A stretch of DNA of 64,000 nucleotides from Eledone cirrhosa (lineage: Eukaryota), in the NCBI GenBank assembly GCA_964016885.1, contig OZ024746.1, forward strand, positions 41,416,001 to 41,480,000, read 5' to 3'. This document shows positions 1-13,113 of this stretch, one piece after another. A program made the position numbers and the translations under genes. The notes beneath the pieces were generated by a model. It was not told the origin of the DNA, made no database searches, and was given only the letters and a program-made list of their open reading frames with translations. Each line of letters opens with the position of its first letter. Position 1 is the stretch's first letter.

Positions 1-150
1 CAGTGCATTACTGGTACTTTATTTTATCGACCCCGTAAGGATGAAAGGCAAAGTTAACCTCGGCGGGATTTGAACTCAGATCATAGAGGGCCGTAACTCT
101 TTGCTGCAAAGCATGGCATCCGACCCTCTACCGATACTGCCAAACCACAG
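1..150 (-). mobile_element. tRNA-derived SINE, family A (A/B boxes, Meta-like GCCTTTCATCC..GGGGTCGATAAA..GTACCAG body), cut by window edge
   Basis: Reverse complement reads TGGCAGTATCGGT (A box) ... GAGTTCAAATCC (B box) ... GCCTTTCATCCTTACGGGGTCGATAAAATAAAGTACCAG. About 15 related copies occur in the window. Confidence 0.9.
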
Positions 151-253
151 CTGAATTGGTTTTTATTAGCAATTATGGCAACATGACCATCCCCAAATAT
201 AACAGTATGTGTTTCAACACACGATTTCACATTAAGAATCTTGCAGAATAAAT

Positions 254-284
<31 letters not shown>

Positions 285-980
285 CATGTTATGTTCTGTA
301 ACAAATGAATAATGAACAATTAAGATAAAGTAAAAATTGTATGGTGCGTGTGTTTGTATTGGCAATGTTGAGAACATGCCCATCCTCAAAGAAAACAATA
401 TAAATATGTGCATTTTATATATCAAGTGGTATGTGGTATATTTATGAATAAACATTTGAAAGCTTTTAGCTATGAATTTAGGAAGCTGATGATGTAAAGC
501 CATCAAATGAACCCCAGTAGAAGTAGGGGCAGGTATCTATTGACGGTCACCGATTCTATATTTGTGTAATTTCAGTTATATTTCCCACCAACCTTCATGT
601 ATCTTTACTTATCTATGTACATGTGTATGTGTATGCATTTATTCACATCTCTACACTTGTTTCTCTGTCTGTTTGTGTGTCCATTCTCATGTCAGACTAT
701 TTTTTATTCTTTCTCTCTCATCTGTCAATATGTAGTTATTATTCTATTCCTACACTTTATTGAGAGTTTCTCTCTGTTTCTGCTCTCCTTTGTATTTATT
801 CTTATGTGTCATAATATTTTTTGTCATTAGTCATTAGTTTGTGGGGTGGTTGTTATTCCATTCTTGCTTTCTATCAGAGGTGGGTATATTTTCTATTGTC
901 TTGGAGGTCAGTAGCCCTCTTTGAATACTGAGTTGGTCTGTGAAGACCCATCCTATCTTTGCTAGCAGAGAAAGATGCCA

Positions 981-1196
981 TTAGCCCTTTAGCATTTAAA
1001 CCAGACATATCCAGCCAAAATGCTCTCACTTCTTTCTGTTCAAAATGGCTGTAACAGGTTACTTATACTGATGTTAAGGTCTTGTTCTAAAAATAAATAA
1101 TATCAAAATCTCGTTAATTCGATATTATATGAGATAAAGTGTTTACCATGAAAATACAATAGTAAATATAGAATAATGTAAATGCGAAAGGGTTAA
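981..1196. mobile_element. piggyBac-type MITE (TTAA/CCCTTT termini)
   Basis: TTAGCCCTTTAGCATTTA ... TAAATGCGAAAGGGTTAA terminal inverted repeats. Related copies at 28488 and 45563. Confidence 0.75.
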
Positions 1197-1704
1197 AAGA
1201 TGATGATGTTGATGATGATGATGATGATGATGGGCGGCTTTCTAAATCTGCATTGGTTTAGTGTGTAGATATGATATTTGTCTTAATGTTTTCTAACGAG
1301 ATATCATGTTCTAGTTTGGTATGTTGGTACAACACAGACGAGCTTTTCATGTCTTTTGGTTCTTGTAAGTACTCTGCTATCATTTTTCCTGTATTAAAAG
1401 CCATTGTTGCTATGTATGCTATACATAGGAAAAAATGGCACATAATATAATTCTTTCATCTAATCATTAAATAAATAATATTCATTGTAATTTGTTCTCT
1501 GTGATTGTTTTTATTATTTTTATCGTTTTTACTCTTTTATATTGCACTAGGTGTGTGTGTATATATGCAAGCATGTGTGTGTGTGTGTGTGTGTGTGTGC
1601 AATTAAACATGTCTGTATTAGTCTCTTAACTGTGTATTTTTATAATCTTTATTGTAGGAATATTACCTTATTGTTTAAGTCTGAAATTGTTTATTTTAAA
1701 TGTT

Positions 1705-2100
1705 TTGTTATTGGGGTTACTTCGAAGGGTCTTTGGAGTAACGTTACTCGATAGAGTGTGTAACTCAGAGATCAGAGAGTCACTCCAGGTAGAGCTGCTA
1801 CTTTTCCTAATTGAGAGATTACAGCTCCGATGGTATGAGAATATGATTAGAATGTTTCAGGAAAGAATTGCTGGACAGATTTTACAAACAAAACCAACAA
1901 GCAGGAGACCCAGGAGTAGACCCCGAGCAAGATGGCTGGATAACATCCATGAGCTCGGCTGGTCTTGCTTGGAGATCCAGCTGGCTCAGTTAGAGATGGT
2001 TGCTTCTGACAGGACCCACTGCAAGGAGTGTTTGAGGACTCTTCCCCTATGACCCTCTCAAGAAGAAGAAGAAGAAGAAGAAGAAGAAGAAGAAGAAGAA
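1705..2100 (+). pseudogene. RTE-clade LINE 3' fragment with (GAA)n tail
   Basis: Translation LRRVFGVTLLDRVCNSEIRESL...QLRWY..MIRM...RPRSRPRARWLD is the RTE ORF C-terminus. It ends in (GAA)n at 2061-2100. Confidence 0.8.
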
Positions 2101-2694
2101 ATATGCTAATGCCAATGAAACAAAAATAAGCTCTTGTCTTCCTCCAGCCTGTGAAAGTATGAAAAAATAAATGGATATGAAACAATAACTCAAATACATT
2201 ACAATTATATCATAATTTGATGAGCTAATTTAATATTTATCCTTCAACACCATTGAAAGAAATGTCTCATTCAGGTTTATTTATTTTTTTCTAAAACCCA
2301 TGATCAGAACTTTTATTGAAGTTGTTATCTGAAAACTATTCTAGTTATATTAAACTTCAGAATAACTAGAATAACAGAAATTTTTTGTTTTGCTATAGGA
2401 GGAAAAACAGCCATTAAATGATGATGATGATGATATATGCATTTATATATACATACATATACATATATCACCATCCTCATATATATGTGTGTGTGTGTGT
2501 TTCTTTCTGTTGAAAGGAGAGTGTTGGGAAAACAGACTTTAGAATCCTTTGCATTTTTTGATTGACAGATTTTAACAGCTTATCTGTCAAGTTCATTCTC
2601 TGATAAGAAAGTTTCTTGTGAATAACAGGATAACAGGAACTTAAAAAATTAGTCAACCAGAACTTTAAATATTCCCATATGTTATATGAGTGTA

Positions 2695-2737
<43 letters not shown>

Positions 2738-3200
2738 ACACATGCAAACACACATGCACATGCAAACACACACACATACAGAGAAATATAAACAGATAAT
2801 GGTAAATTATAACATCTTTGAATAGCAGACTGTATTTCTTTATCTAAAGGATTTCTTAAAGAACCCTACACCTACTATAAGAGTAAAAATGTATAATAAA
2901 ATTTATCCAGAATCATTATAAGGACAGCTCTGTCTCATCCTGGTGTGGAGAAAAGAGAGGCAGCTTCAGCAGCAGATCATTACATTCTGTTACAAGAGCT
3001 TTTGATATCGTTAATACAGTAGAAAGGGAGTATAAGTCCCCAAACTACTTGAGCAATGTGAAATAAAAGGTCTTGCTCAAGGTCACAACATGCCACCTGG
3101 TGCTCGCAGAAATCAAACTCACAACCATACGATCATGAATGAACCGAACAACCTAATCCACATTAATATTATCAATAGCTACATTTATATGTTGAACCTA

Positions 3201-3331
3201 CGGTATAAACTCAAATATAAGCCAACCCCCTTATTTTGAGTCTGATAAATGGGCAAAAATCCAAACCCCATTTATAAACCAAGGCAGCTAATCAACACAT
3301 GTTTAGATGGCAAATATTTGAGTATATATGG
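3201..3331. mobile_element. Tc1/pogo-type MITE with TA target duplication
   Basis: TA|CGGTATAAACTCAAATAT ... ATATTTGAGTATATATGG|TA imperfect TIRs. Confidence 0.65.
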
Positions 3332-3334
3332 TAA

Positions 3335-3491
3335 CCAGCACATACTGTAAATGTGGTTGGCATTAGGAAGGGCATCCAGCTGTAGAAACCAAGCCCAAAT
3401 CAGCCCTGGTGACTGAAACACGGTCCTCTTATCTGAGCCCGTCCTACCCATGCTAGCATGAAAAAATGAACGTTAACTGATGATGATGATG
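3335..3491 (+). mobile_element. 3' part of RTE-tailed SINE (family B tail)
   Basis: GTGGTTGGCATTAGGAAGGGCATCCAGCTGTAGAAA ... CCATGCTAGCATG ... (GAT)n. Confidence 0.75.
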
Positions 3492-3769
3492 GTAAGTATT
3501 TTTTTATATTTTCAACTTCATTTGTTCAAGTTCTTTTGTTAAGTCTTTTTTTCCTTCACATTCAAGAGGCTGTAGAGATACATGTGATATTCTGGCTTTT
3601 TCTTTTTGTATTTTCAGACAAGTTATATTGAAGTAAAATTTATTAAATTTTCTCTTTTCATCTGTTCTTTGCTAAAGGCAAAAATCAACTTGCCTTAAGG
3701 CTGTGTCTATAGGTAAAAACTTGTAATTAACCAATGAGTTGAGAGCCCTGGTATTTTAGTATTTTATTA

Positions 3770-4200
3770 TTGGCTTTCTCCAGCCGCAACCTGGTGCAGT
3801 TTGCGACTAACTCAGGTTCTGCTGCACGTCAGGCCGAGGAGGCCAAACTCTTCAAATACCAGACGCTCTCCGACAGGTTTGAGGTTGTACCCTTGGCAGT
3901 GGAGACTTCTGGTGTCCTCGGCCCTAGGGCTACCTCCCTACTCACCACCATAGGCGCTGGACTGTCCAGCCGCAGGTGTGAGCCTCGCGAGCTGGAATGG
4001 CTTTTCCAGCACGTCTCCCTTTGCCATCTTCCGGGGAAACGCCTTCTCCATTCTGTCCGCCGGGGCTGTGAGGAGACCACCAATATGATTGACTGACTTG
4101 TCATTTTATCAGTCATCTTATTAATATATTTGTCACATTATATTTAAAAGTGAACTATTTCCTCACTTCAACTTTTATTACTAGTAAATTTCTTTAATGA
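3770..4200 (+). pseudogene. CRE-like non-LTR retrotransposon, restriction-like endonuclease C-terminus plus 3' UTR
   Basis: AARQAEEAKLFKYQTL..F.VVPLAVETSGVLGP....L...G......EPRE..WLFQHVSL, followed by a frameshifted AIFRGNAFSI. Ends at (TA)n. Confidence 0.75.
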
Positions 4201-4603
4201 TATATATATATATAATATTGGCATACTGAATTGATACGGACGAGAGTGTTTCAATTTTTTAGTGCTATTTAGATTTCAACTAGATTGGAGAGACAATCTG
4301 TGTTGGGGTGTCAGTGTGTTAGAGAGAAGGTAGACAGGATTAATAGAAGAGAGGCAACAACAGAAGAAAGGAATGCTAGGAGAGGAAACATGGGGAAAGG
4401 AGTGCTTAAGAAAGATAGCACTAGAGGGCGTAATGGTAGCTACATGTTTGTTGCTGAAAGAGCAAGTGGTGATTGGTGGTTACCACTCATCTTGAGGAGA
4501 GGAAGTGATGGCCAGCAGCACAAAGGGGAGTTTCCAGTAGAATGTATGGGGTATATATATATTTTTTGGGACACCCTGTGTATATATATATATATATATA
4601 TAT

Positions 4604-4810
4604 TAAATGTAAGAGGTGAGTTTTATTGTAGCACAATAAAGCAATGTAAATATCGGATAAGTAGCACTCAACAGTTTATTGGACTGGAGTATATATAAGA
4701 AGAAATTAAAAGATGGTTAGAAAAGTTCCATGTATTTTATTATGCGCATTTCAAAAACAAATATCATCCGGGGACGATATTTGCCATCTTTTAATTTCTT
4801 CTTATATATT
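4604..4810 (-). mobile_element. Short PLE-type terminal fragment with partial hammerhead and 26-bp fold-back (family F)
   Basis: Minus strand reads CAAATATCGTCC-CC-GGATGATATTTG hairpin, then GAAA TGCGCA TA (4741-4783). 4691-4716 is inverted at 4784-4809. TA tracts lie on both sides. Confidence 0.6.
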
Positions 4811-4909
4811 ATATATATAGATACAGGCTGCCCCCAAAATGTATACATACTTCAACAGCATTCTAATAAATATTGCCTGTACAGGTAATCAAAGTGTGTA
4901 TACATTTTT

Positions 4910-4971
<62 letters not shown>

Positions 4972-5100
4972 AGAATTCTATTTAAATTGTTGGGATAAAA
5001 CAAGCAAATATTTTTATAACTGATATAAAGCACTCAACAAATATTTGGAGTAAAAATACGATATTAACAAATGGAAACTATATTTATAAAACCATATTTA

Positions 5101-5161
5101 TTTCATTATACATATTTCAAGGACACCAAGTTAAATCATGGTGTGCTTTCATCAGATAAAA
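5101..5161 (-). ncRNA. Minimal type I hammerhead ribozyme (family A, inverted-arm copy)
   Basis: Reverse complement of the motif at 10021-10081. Confidence 0.8.
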
Positions 5162-6608
5162 TATAATATAGATCAGTTTTATAAATAAATATTGACATAC
5201 CCTTAAAGAATGCAACCATTACTGTTGGAAGCTCCCGGATAGTGGAGTTATAGCGTTAATTATTAGTATTGGATATTTTTAAAATAAGCCGTTGGGTTAT
5301 AGAGAAATAGAAAGATAGAGAAGGAAAGAGAGAGAGAGAGAGAGAGAGAGAGCAGAATAAACAGAGAGAGAAATATGGAGAGAGAGGAGACGGAAAAAAT
5401 GAGAGAGAACGAAAAACTCTAAGTCATATCTTGTTGAGTTAACTAAACAATTGAGATGAAATGAATAAATAAAAATTAGAAATGTTAATAATCATGAATG
5501 GAATATACATATATAATATGAGAAATTTAACCATTGTTTAAATATGATAAGATGTTTAGTTAATCAGTTAAATATTGAGATCAATATATTAAAAATCGGG
5601 ATCTATATATTAAGAAATCCATATATTATTAAAGATCTATATATTACATAACACGTATACACACGCAAAAAATACGTACATATAAATATATATACACGAT
5701 TATAAAAATACATATACATATCTAACTACGTATATAACATATACATACAAAATATAAAGGATTCTTTAATTTAATATAAGATATAGGAATCTTATAAAAT
5801 GTTAAATTGTTAAGATATTAAAGGAAATTTTATGTTATACACACTTTATGTTATTAAACAACATTTTTTATATAAGTTTTATAAGATTACCTGTTATGTA
5901 TTTATGGCAGTTATTATATGTCTTTTTGTCACGAATCTTCGGATAATCACTATACATAAGTGCGATCGAATTATATGGATAAACACGCACATGTACATAC
6001 ACAATTCCCACATATACATACATATATAGGTAGATACGCATCACGTATATATAAACATACAGATAGACATACACGCATAAAACATATGTACATGCATGTC
6101 AATACACACATATAGAGAGAAGTACATATAAATACAGTACATAGTATAATTGAGTACATAAAATACAAAAGAACTATATTACGATTTGGAAATATAATTA
6201 TAAGCAATATAACTTTAAAATCAATATAACTTTAAAATATTATGGAATATTTCAAGTTATAATTTCAAAATAATAGTATATAATATATTTAGTATAGAAA
6301 ATTTTCTACGTATATTTAACTTAATTTTATATCCATAAGAAAAATAAACAGAAACTTTGAAAGGATAAACTTTCGAAAATAGGAGAAGCTATCAAATAAT
6401 AAAAAAAAAAAAAAAAATATAAGAAATATTTTCTCCCTTCAAGAGCTCTCAGCATATTTCTCTAGAATAGTTTATTATATTTATTTATATTTAGGAAGAA
6501 AAGTTATTTTTACTTGAGTGTATAATCATTCAAAAAAGGATGAAAGAATCTAATCATTTATCGACAGGTTCAATGTATCAATAAAATTAATTAATTAATT
6601 ATATAATT

Positions 6609-6979
6609 TTACATTTTAAATTTATATTTATATTTAAACGTTGAGTTTAATCTATGTCTACAGCAACTGAATAAATTATTCCTTAAGTTCAGGGAATTTT
6701 TGGTCTTTAATATAAAGAATATTTCCTCTATACAAAGATCACAATTTTCTGAAGAGGAGTTAAAAGGAGTATCTTGTGAAATAATATTCCAAATCAACGA
6801 ATACTCAACGTTCTTTAGTTTGAGGTCCCATAATAGGCTAGATAGAGAAGTTGAAGATTTTTTGTTTGGATCTGTAAAATAATTTTTATGGTTATTGAAG
6901 CGGGATTTAAACTCTGTGGAAGTGGATCCCACACAATTAAATGAATTTAAATTAGTTTTTACATTACAATTATATACTA
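6609..6979 (-). pseudogene. GIY-YIG endonuclease C-terminal copy in inverted arm
   Basis: VY...VGSTSTEFKSRFNNH...CDLCIEE...LN.RN.L.SCCRHR. It lacks the SINE present in the direct arm. Confidence 0.85.
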
Positions 6980-6980
6980 G

Positions 6981-8409
6981 TTTACGGATCTTGTGGGCCT
7001 ATTTATAATTAATTCTCTACATAGGAACATATCTGAGATAACCGGAGGTTTATATCGTGACGACATGTTTTTACTTATAGAAAATAATAACTGTGAACTA
7101 AATAGAAAAAGAAAACAAATTATACAATTTTTTAATTACCTTAATCTAAAAGTAGAAATAGAGAATAACCATAAAATAGTTAACTTTCTAGATGTAACAC
7201 TAAATCTTAACACATGTCTTCATTATCCATTTCACAAATTAAATGAGAACTTAAACTACATCAATTTTAACTCTAATCACCCCAGATCCGTTAAAAATAC
7301 TATAGTGAACTCTGTACAGGAACGAATTTCGAGAATTTCAGCTAATAAGAATATATTTGATGAAAAAGCACATTATTACAACGCAGCGTTAGATAGAGCT
7401 GGGTATAGAAATAAAATTAAATACATTGATAATAATAAAAATACAACAACTAACCATAATCGTAACAATTTTAACTATGGTAACAATTTTAACAACTATA
7501 ATATAAAACCTTATATTAATTCCGAAAGCGGAAAAATAAATAAATCTAGGAACATATTATGGTTCGCTCCTCTTTTCTCATTAAATATTAAAACCCCTAT
7601 TGCTAAACTATTTTTTAAAGCTCTTGACAAATTCTTCCCTAGAACACATAGATATTACTCAATTTTTAATAGACATACTATAAAATTAACTTATTCTTCC
7701 ACCAAAAATTTAGCGCAAAATATTAATAGAATTAATAATAGAAATTTAAAACCTAACCAAAACCCAAGCAATATCCAATTTGATAAATGTAACTGTAGAA
7801 ATAAATCTAACTGCCCGTTAAATAACAATTGCTTAGCTAAAAATATAGTATATAATTGTAATGTAAAAACTAATTTAAATTCATTTAATTATGTGGGATC
7901 CACTTCCACAGAGTTTAAATCCCGCTTCAATAACCATAAAAATTCTTTTACAGATCCAAACAAAATATCTTCAACTTCTCTATCTAGCCTATTATGGGAC
8001 CTCAAACTAAAGAACGTTGAGTATTCGTTGATTTGGAATATTATTTCAAAAGGGCTGTGGATTGGCAGTATCGGTAGAGGGTCTGACGCCATGCTTTGAC
8101 GTATAGAGTTATTGCCCTTGCCATTCTGAATTCAAATCTCGCCTAGGTTAACTTTGCCTTTCATCCTTACGGGGTCGATAAAATAAAGTACCAGTAATGC
8201 ACTGGGTAATTGCTGGCCTTGTGTCAAACGTAGAAACAATTATTTCACAAGCTACTCCTTTTAACTCCTCTTCAGAAAATTGTTATCTTTGTATGGAGGA
8301 AATATTCTTTATATTAAAGACCAAAAATTCCCTGAACTTAAGGAATAATTTATTCAGTTGCTGTAGACATAGATTAAACTCAACGTTTAAATATAAATTT
8401 AAAATGTAA
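6981..8409 (+). pseudogene. PLE reverse transcriptase (C-terminal half) + CxC linker + GIY-YIG endonuclease, interrupted by a SINE at ~8049-8247
   Basis: GLYRDD catalytic motif, VNFLDVTL, YINFNSNHP thumb, CNCRNKSNCPLNNNCL linker, IVY...YVG, H..CxxC...CRH. The frame is restored if the SINE and one TSD are removed. Confidence 0.9.
8052..8238 (+). mobile_element. SINE family A inserted in the PLE ORF
   Basis: Full-length copy. TSD ATTATTTCA at 8040-8048 and 8239-8247. The empty site is seen in the inverted arm. Confidence 0.92.
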
Positions 8410-8541
8410 AATTATATAATTAATTAATTAATTTTATTGATATATTGAACCTGCCGATAAATCATTAGATTCCTTCATCCTTTTTTGAATGATTATACAC
8501 TCAAGTAAAAATAACTTTTCTTCCTAAATATAAATAAATAT

Positions 8542-8725
8542 AATTGTTTCTACTTTAGGCACAAGGCCAGCAATTACCCAGTGCATTACTGGTACTTTAT
8601 TTTATCGAACCCGTAAGGATGAAAGACAAAGTCAACCTCGGCGGGATTTGAACTCAGATCGTAAAGGGACGTAACTATGCTGGAAAGCATGGCGCCCGAG
8701 CCTCTACTGATACTGCCAATCCACC
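8542..8725 (-). mobile_element. SINE family A in the PLE 3' UTR
   Basis: Full-length copy. It replaces ~18 bp that are present in the inverted arm. Confidence 0.9.
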
Positions 8726-10020
8726 ATGCTGAGAGCTCTTGAAGGGAGAAAATATTTCTTATATTTTTTTATTTTTTATTATTTGATAGCTTCTCCTATT
8801 TTCGAAAGTTTATCCTTTCAAAGTTTCTGTTTATTTTTCTTATGGATATAAAATTAAGTTAAATATACGTAGAAAATTTTCTATACTAAATATATTAAAC
8901 ATACTATTATTTTGAAATTATAACTTGAAATATTCCATAATATTTTAAAGTTATATTGATTTTAAAGTTATATTGCTTATAATTATATTTCCAAATCGTA
9001 ATATAGTTCTTTTGTATTTTATGTACTCAATTATACTATGTACTGTATTTATATGTACTTCTCTCTATATGTGTGTATTGACATGCATGTACATATGTTT
9101 TATGCGTGTATGTCTATCTGTATGTTTATATATACGTGATGCGTATCTACCTATATATGTATGTATATGTGGGAATTGTGTATGTACATGTGCGTGTTTA
9201 TCCATATAATTCGATCGCACTTATGTATAGTGATTATCCGAAGATTCGTGACAAAAAGACATATAATAACTGCCATAAATACATAACAGGTAATCTTATA
9301 AAACTTATATAAAAAATGTTGTTTAATAACATAAAGTGTGTATAACATAAAATTTCCTTTAATATCTTAACAATTTAACATTTTATAAGATTCCTATATC
9401 TTATATTAAATTAAAGAATCCTTTATATTTTGTATGTATATGTTATATACGTAGTTAGATATGTATATGTATTTTTATAATCGTGTATATATATTTATAT
9501 GTACGTATTTTTTGCGTGTGTATACGTGTTATGTAATATATAGATCTTTAATAATATATGGATTTCTTAATATATAGATCCCGATTTTTAATATATTGAT
9601 CTCAATATTTAACTGATTAACTAAACATCTTATCATATTTAAACAATGGTTAAATTTCTCATATTATATATGTATATTCCATTCATGATTATTAACATTT
9701 CTAATTTTTATTTATTCATTTCATCTCAATTGTTAAGTTAACTCAACAAGATATGACTTAGAGTTTTTCGTTCTCTCTCATTTTTTCCGTCTCCTCTCTC
9801 TCTCCATATTTCTCTCTCTGTTTATTCTGCTCTCTCTCTCTCTCTCTCTCTCTCTTTCCTTCTCTATCTTTCTATTTCTCTGTAACCCAACGGCTTATTT
9901 TAAAAATATCCAATACTAATAATTAACGCTATAACTCCACTATCCGGGAGCTTCCAACAGTAATGGTTGCATTCTTTAAGGGTATGTCAATATTTATTTA
10001 TAAAACTGATCTATATTATA

Positions 10021-10081
10021 TTTTATCTGATGAAAGCACACCATGATTTAACTTGGTGTCCTTGAAATATGTATAATGAAA
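10021..10081 (+). ncRNA. Minimal type I hammerhead ribozyme (family A)
   Basis: TTTTAT CTGATGA AAGCACACCA..TGGTGTCCTT GAAA TATGTA TA ATGAAA: stem I, intact core, stem II, quasi-palindromic stem III. Predicted AUA cleavage after 10075. Confidence 0.82.
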
Positions 10082-10122
10082 TAAATATGGTTTTATAAAT
10101 ATAGTTTCCATTTGTTAATATC

Positions 10123-10172
<50 letters not shown>

Positions 10173-10300
10173 CTTCTTTAATTTCTCATTCTATTTTCTG
10201 TGTCTGAAATGTTAAGACTTTTCCTACTATATTAAGCATGAAACTAATATATATCTTCATTGTACTTCATCATCTGTTGTGTTTTTTTCCATTTACTTTT

Positions 10301-10336
<36 letters not shown>

Positions 10337-10849
10337 CATGTATATATATCCTCATGTAAAAGTTGAAATATTTAAATCAGATTTTGACGCTAAATTTATG
10401 GGGTTTATTTTTGCATGTATTTAACTTTTGAAGAGCTGAAATGCAAGATATAGTCCAATGTATAACATTAGTAGCAGAATCCCCAAATAATTTCTTAAAT
10501 GAATAAAGAAAAAAAACAAAAAAGAAACAATGAATTAAATTATTAATACCAAGAATTATCCAGCATATCCATGAAAACACATATGTAAATTTGGTTCTGT
10601 GGTCTTTATAAATATTTACAGTTGCTGTTTTTCTCATATCCATCATAATTGATCAACTACTTTTGTTGAAGTCCACACATCACATTACTATTTATCAGCA
10701 AGGAATTTCTATTTCTAATGATGTAACTGAATGCAGTTTAAAGCTATAGAGATTAAAATGAAAATGATATATATGGTAAATGAAAATGAATTGTTTATGC
10801 ATACAAAACTGAAGTAGAAATTTAATAAAGCTTTAAATTACAATTTATC

Positions 10850-11264
10850 TGACCAACAGGCAGTTTTTGTGCAATCTCCATTCTCTGCCAAAGTGCTGAA
10901 TCATATCCTCCCACAAACCTTGTGCACCATCCAGTACTTAACTTCAAATCTCCAATTCCACCCTTCTTTAATTTCCTTTTCAGTATATATTCAGATGGCT
11001 TCAAACATTACACATTTCTAAACTTAATTTCCAATACCCACTCAGCAACTTTCTTCTCTAATAGTGGGCACTTGTAAAGCTGACCTTCTCAACACACTAT
11101 TTTTCATGTTGTCTAAAGTTTGTTCAATATCATTATACAAGCTTTCACAAATTTCTCCAAAATACCAAATTTTCTTACTGCTATAGAATATATGTCTTCT
11201 TGGCAACTTCAATAACTTTTAATTTGAATGCTACTGTATACTTGTTTTTTTTTCTGGGAGGCAT
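10850..11264 (-). pseudogene. pogo/Tigger-type transposase N-terminus (Brinker-like + CENP-B HTH), degenerate
   Basis: MPPRKK..YTVAFKLKVIEVAK...AVRKFG ... PLLEKKVAEWVLE ... LSTGWCTRF.....L.QR..IAQKLP, with frameshifts. Confidence 0.7.
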
Positions 11265-12695
11265 TTTCTCTCAAAATGATCAAGAATTTTAAAGCCAAAA
11301 CCACAAGTGCTATACAGGTTGGGGTGGGGGAAGGGGCTCTAACATCAGCTCTCCTACCAACCAAAATCGTGACCTCAGTTTGACCTAACTTTTATATAAT
11401 CTCCCTGATCACTGTAGCTGATGGTAATACTAAATAAACAGTGATACTGGAAATTGTGAGGTCATAACGTCATTGTGTTGAGAAGTATTGCTTCAAGTCT
11501 GACAATATTGGCTAGACTGCTTCACACCTGTGTATACATCTACAAATTGTTGACTGTTGAGCTGTTATGTACTGTTAACTACTGCCTGTTCAGAGATCTG
11601 GTAATTATAGTGGATTATATGGTTTAGTTTATATAAGAAATGATGGTCTGCTATATTTTATATTACACTAATTATACTACAGTAATTATAGTGCTTCTTT
11701 GACAACAAACTTGAGAAATTAGTAACATAGTAACAAGGAAACCCAATTCCTTTATGAAACATTTATACACAAGATAATACTCCTTTCAGTAAATATTGAT
11801 CCATTGACTGTGAAAACTAGGGTCTACTTTTGCTTGAGACACATGGAACTTTCCAAATTGATAACCTCACAACAGGTGGTTTACTTCTGTTGTGTCAAGG
11901 ATATGATGACCTCTCTAGTGTTGGTGGTCTACATGATAAATGCAACCAGTACACACTGTAAAGTGGTTGGTGATAAGAAAGGAATCCAGCCATAGACAGC
12001 TTGCCAAACATGTTTAGACATATGGTTGGTAAAAAACTATGTTTTCTGTATTGTTTAATGATTCTGAGGAATTCAGTACAGAGGAATATAATAGTACCTC
12101 CTATAGTATTTGAAAGAAACAGTTGTAAATTTATTAAATAATTTAATGTAATTAAATCCTGCTTATTTTTATTCATTTTATATATGCTGCATGATGTAAA
12201 ACTATGGTGACTGGAAATTTACTAATTGGATTAAACTCTGAACTGTCTTTTACCTATCTGACTGTGGACTATAAAATCACATTTGATCTTTGAATTATTC
12301 TTCGCCTTATATGGTTGTATTATAAACTCATCTAAACTATCTTATACACACACACACATATACACACACACATATATATATATATACACATATATATATC
12401 TATACACACATATATACATACATACACACACATGCACACACGCATATATCTATATACACACAAGGTTTACAAAAGTCACTGTTATTATTTCAGTGATCTC
12501 CGGCCATGACTCACTCACTCAATAAGATTGCAGTAGTGAAACTTCATTTCAATGTTCAGAGTGCACACAGATTATATATATAGCAAGTGCAGTGTCTGTG
12601 TTTTGCTGATAATACATTATGTATCTATCTCCTGGACGATTCTGTTTCTGTGCAATATACTTCACAACTACAGATATTACATATATATATATGTG

Positions 12696-12732
<37 letters not shown>

Positions 12733-12944
12733 AAAGCGAGTCCGAAAATAGAACTAGAAGCTTTCGCCGTATTTTTTGACTAAAAAGATTTCAGCTACAA
12801 CAACAAAGCACCCAGTTCATTATGCCTGTAAGATGGTTGTGTTGGTGACATGAAAAAATCCCCAGTTGCAACTGGGGGTTTTTAATTTTTAATAAAAAAA
12901 ACCCAGTCCCCACTGAAGTCATTTTAATTGAGGGAAGGGGAAAT

Positions 12945-13113
12945 TCAATTAAAATGACCTCAGTTCATTACTGGTACTTTATTTTATCAACCTTATAAGG
13001 ATGAAAGGCAAAGCCAACCTCATTGAGATTTGAACTTGAAATATAAAAGGACATAACTATATGCCACAAAGCATGTTGTATTGTGCTCTACTGATACTGC
13101 CAATCCACTGCCC
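12945..13113 (-). mobile_element. SINE family A (longer-tail variant)
   Basis: Same head and body as the other family A copies. Confidence 0.85.

Larger units (their letters stand above)
4968..10125 (+). mobile_element. Penelope-like retroelement (Naiad-type), 5'-truncated, with ~2-kb inverted copy of its 3' part
   Basis: 5057-6979 is the reverse complement of 7846-10125 (minus two SINE inserts). The RT/GIY-YIG ORF lies between the arms, each arm has a hammerhead, and (TA)n tracts bound both ends. Confidence 0.92.
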
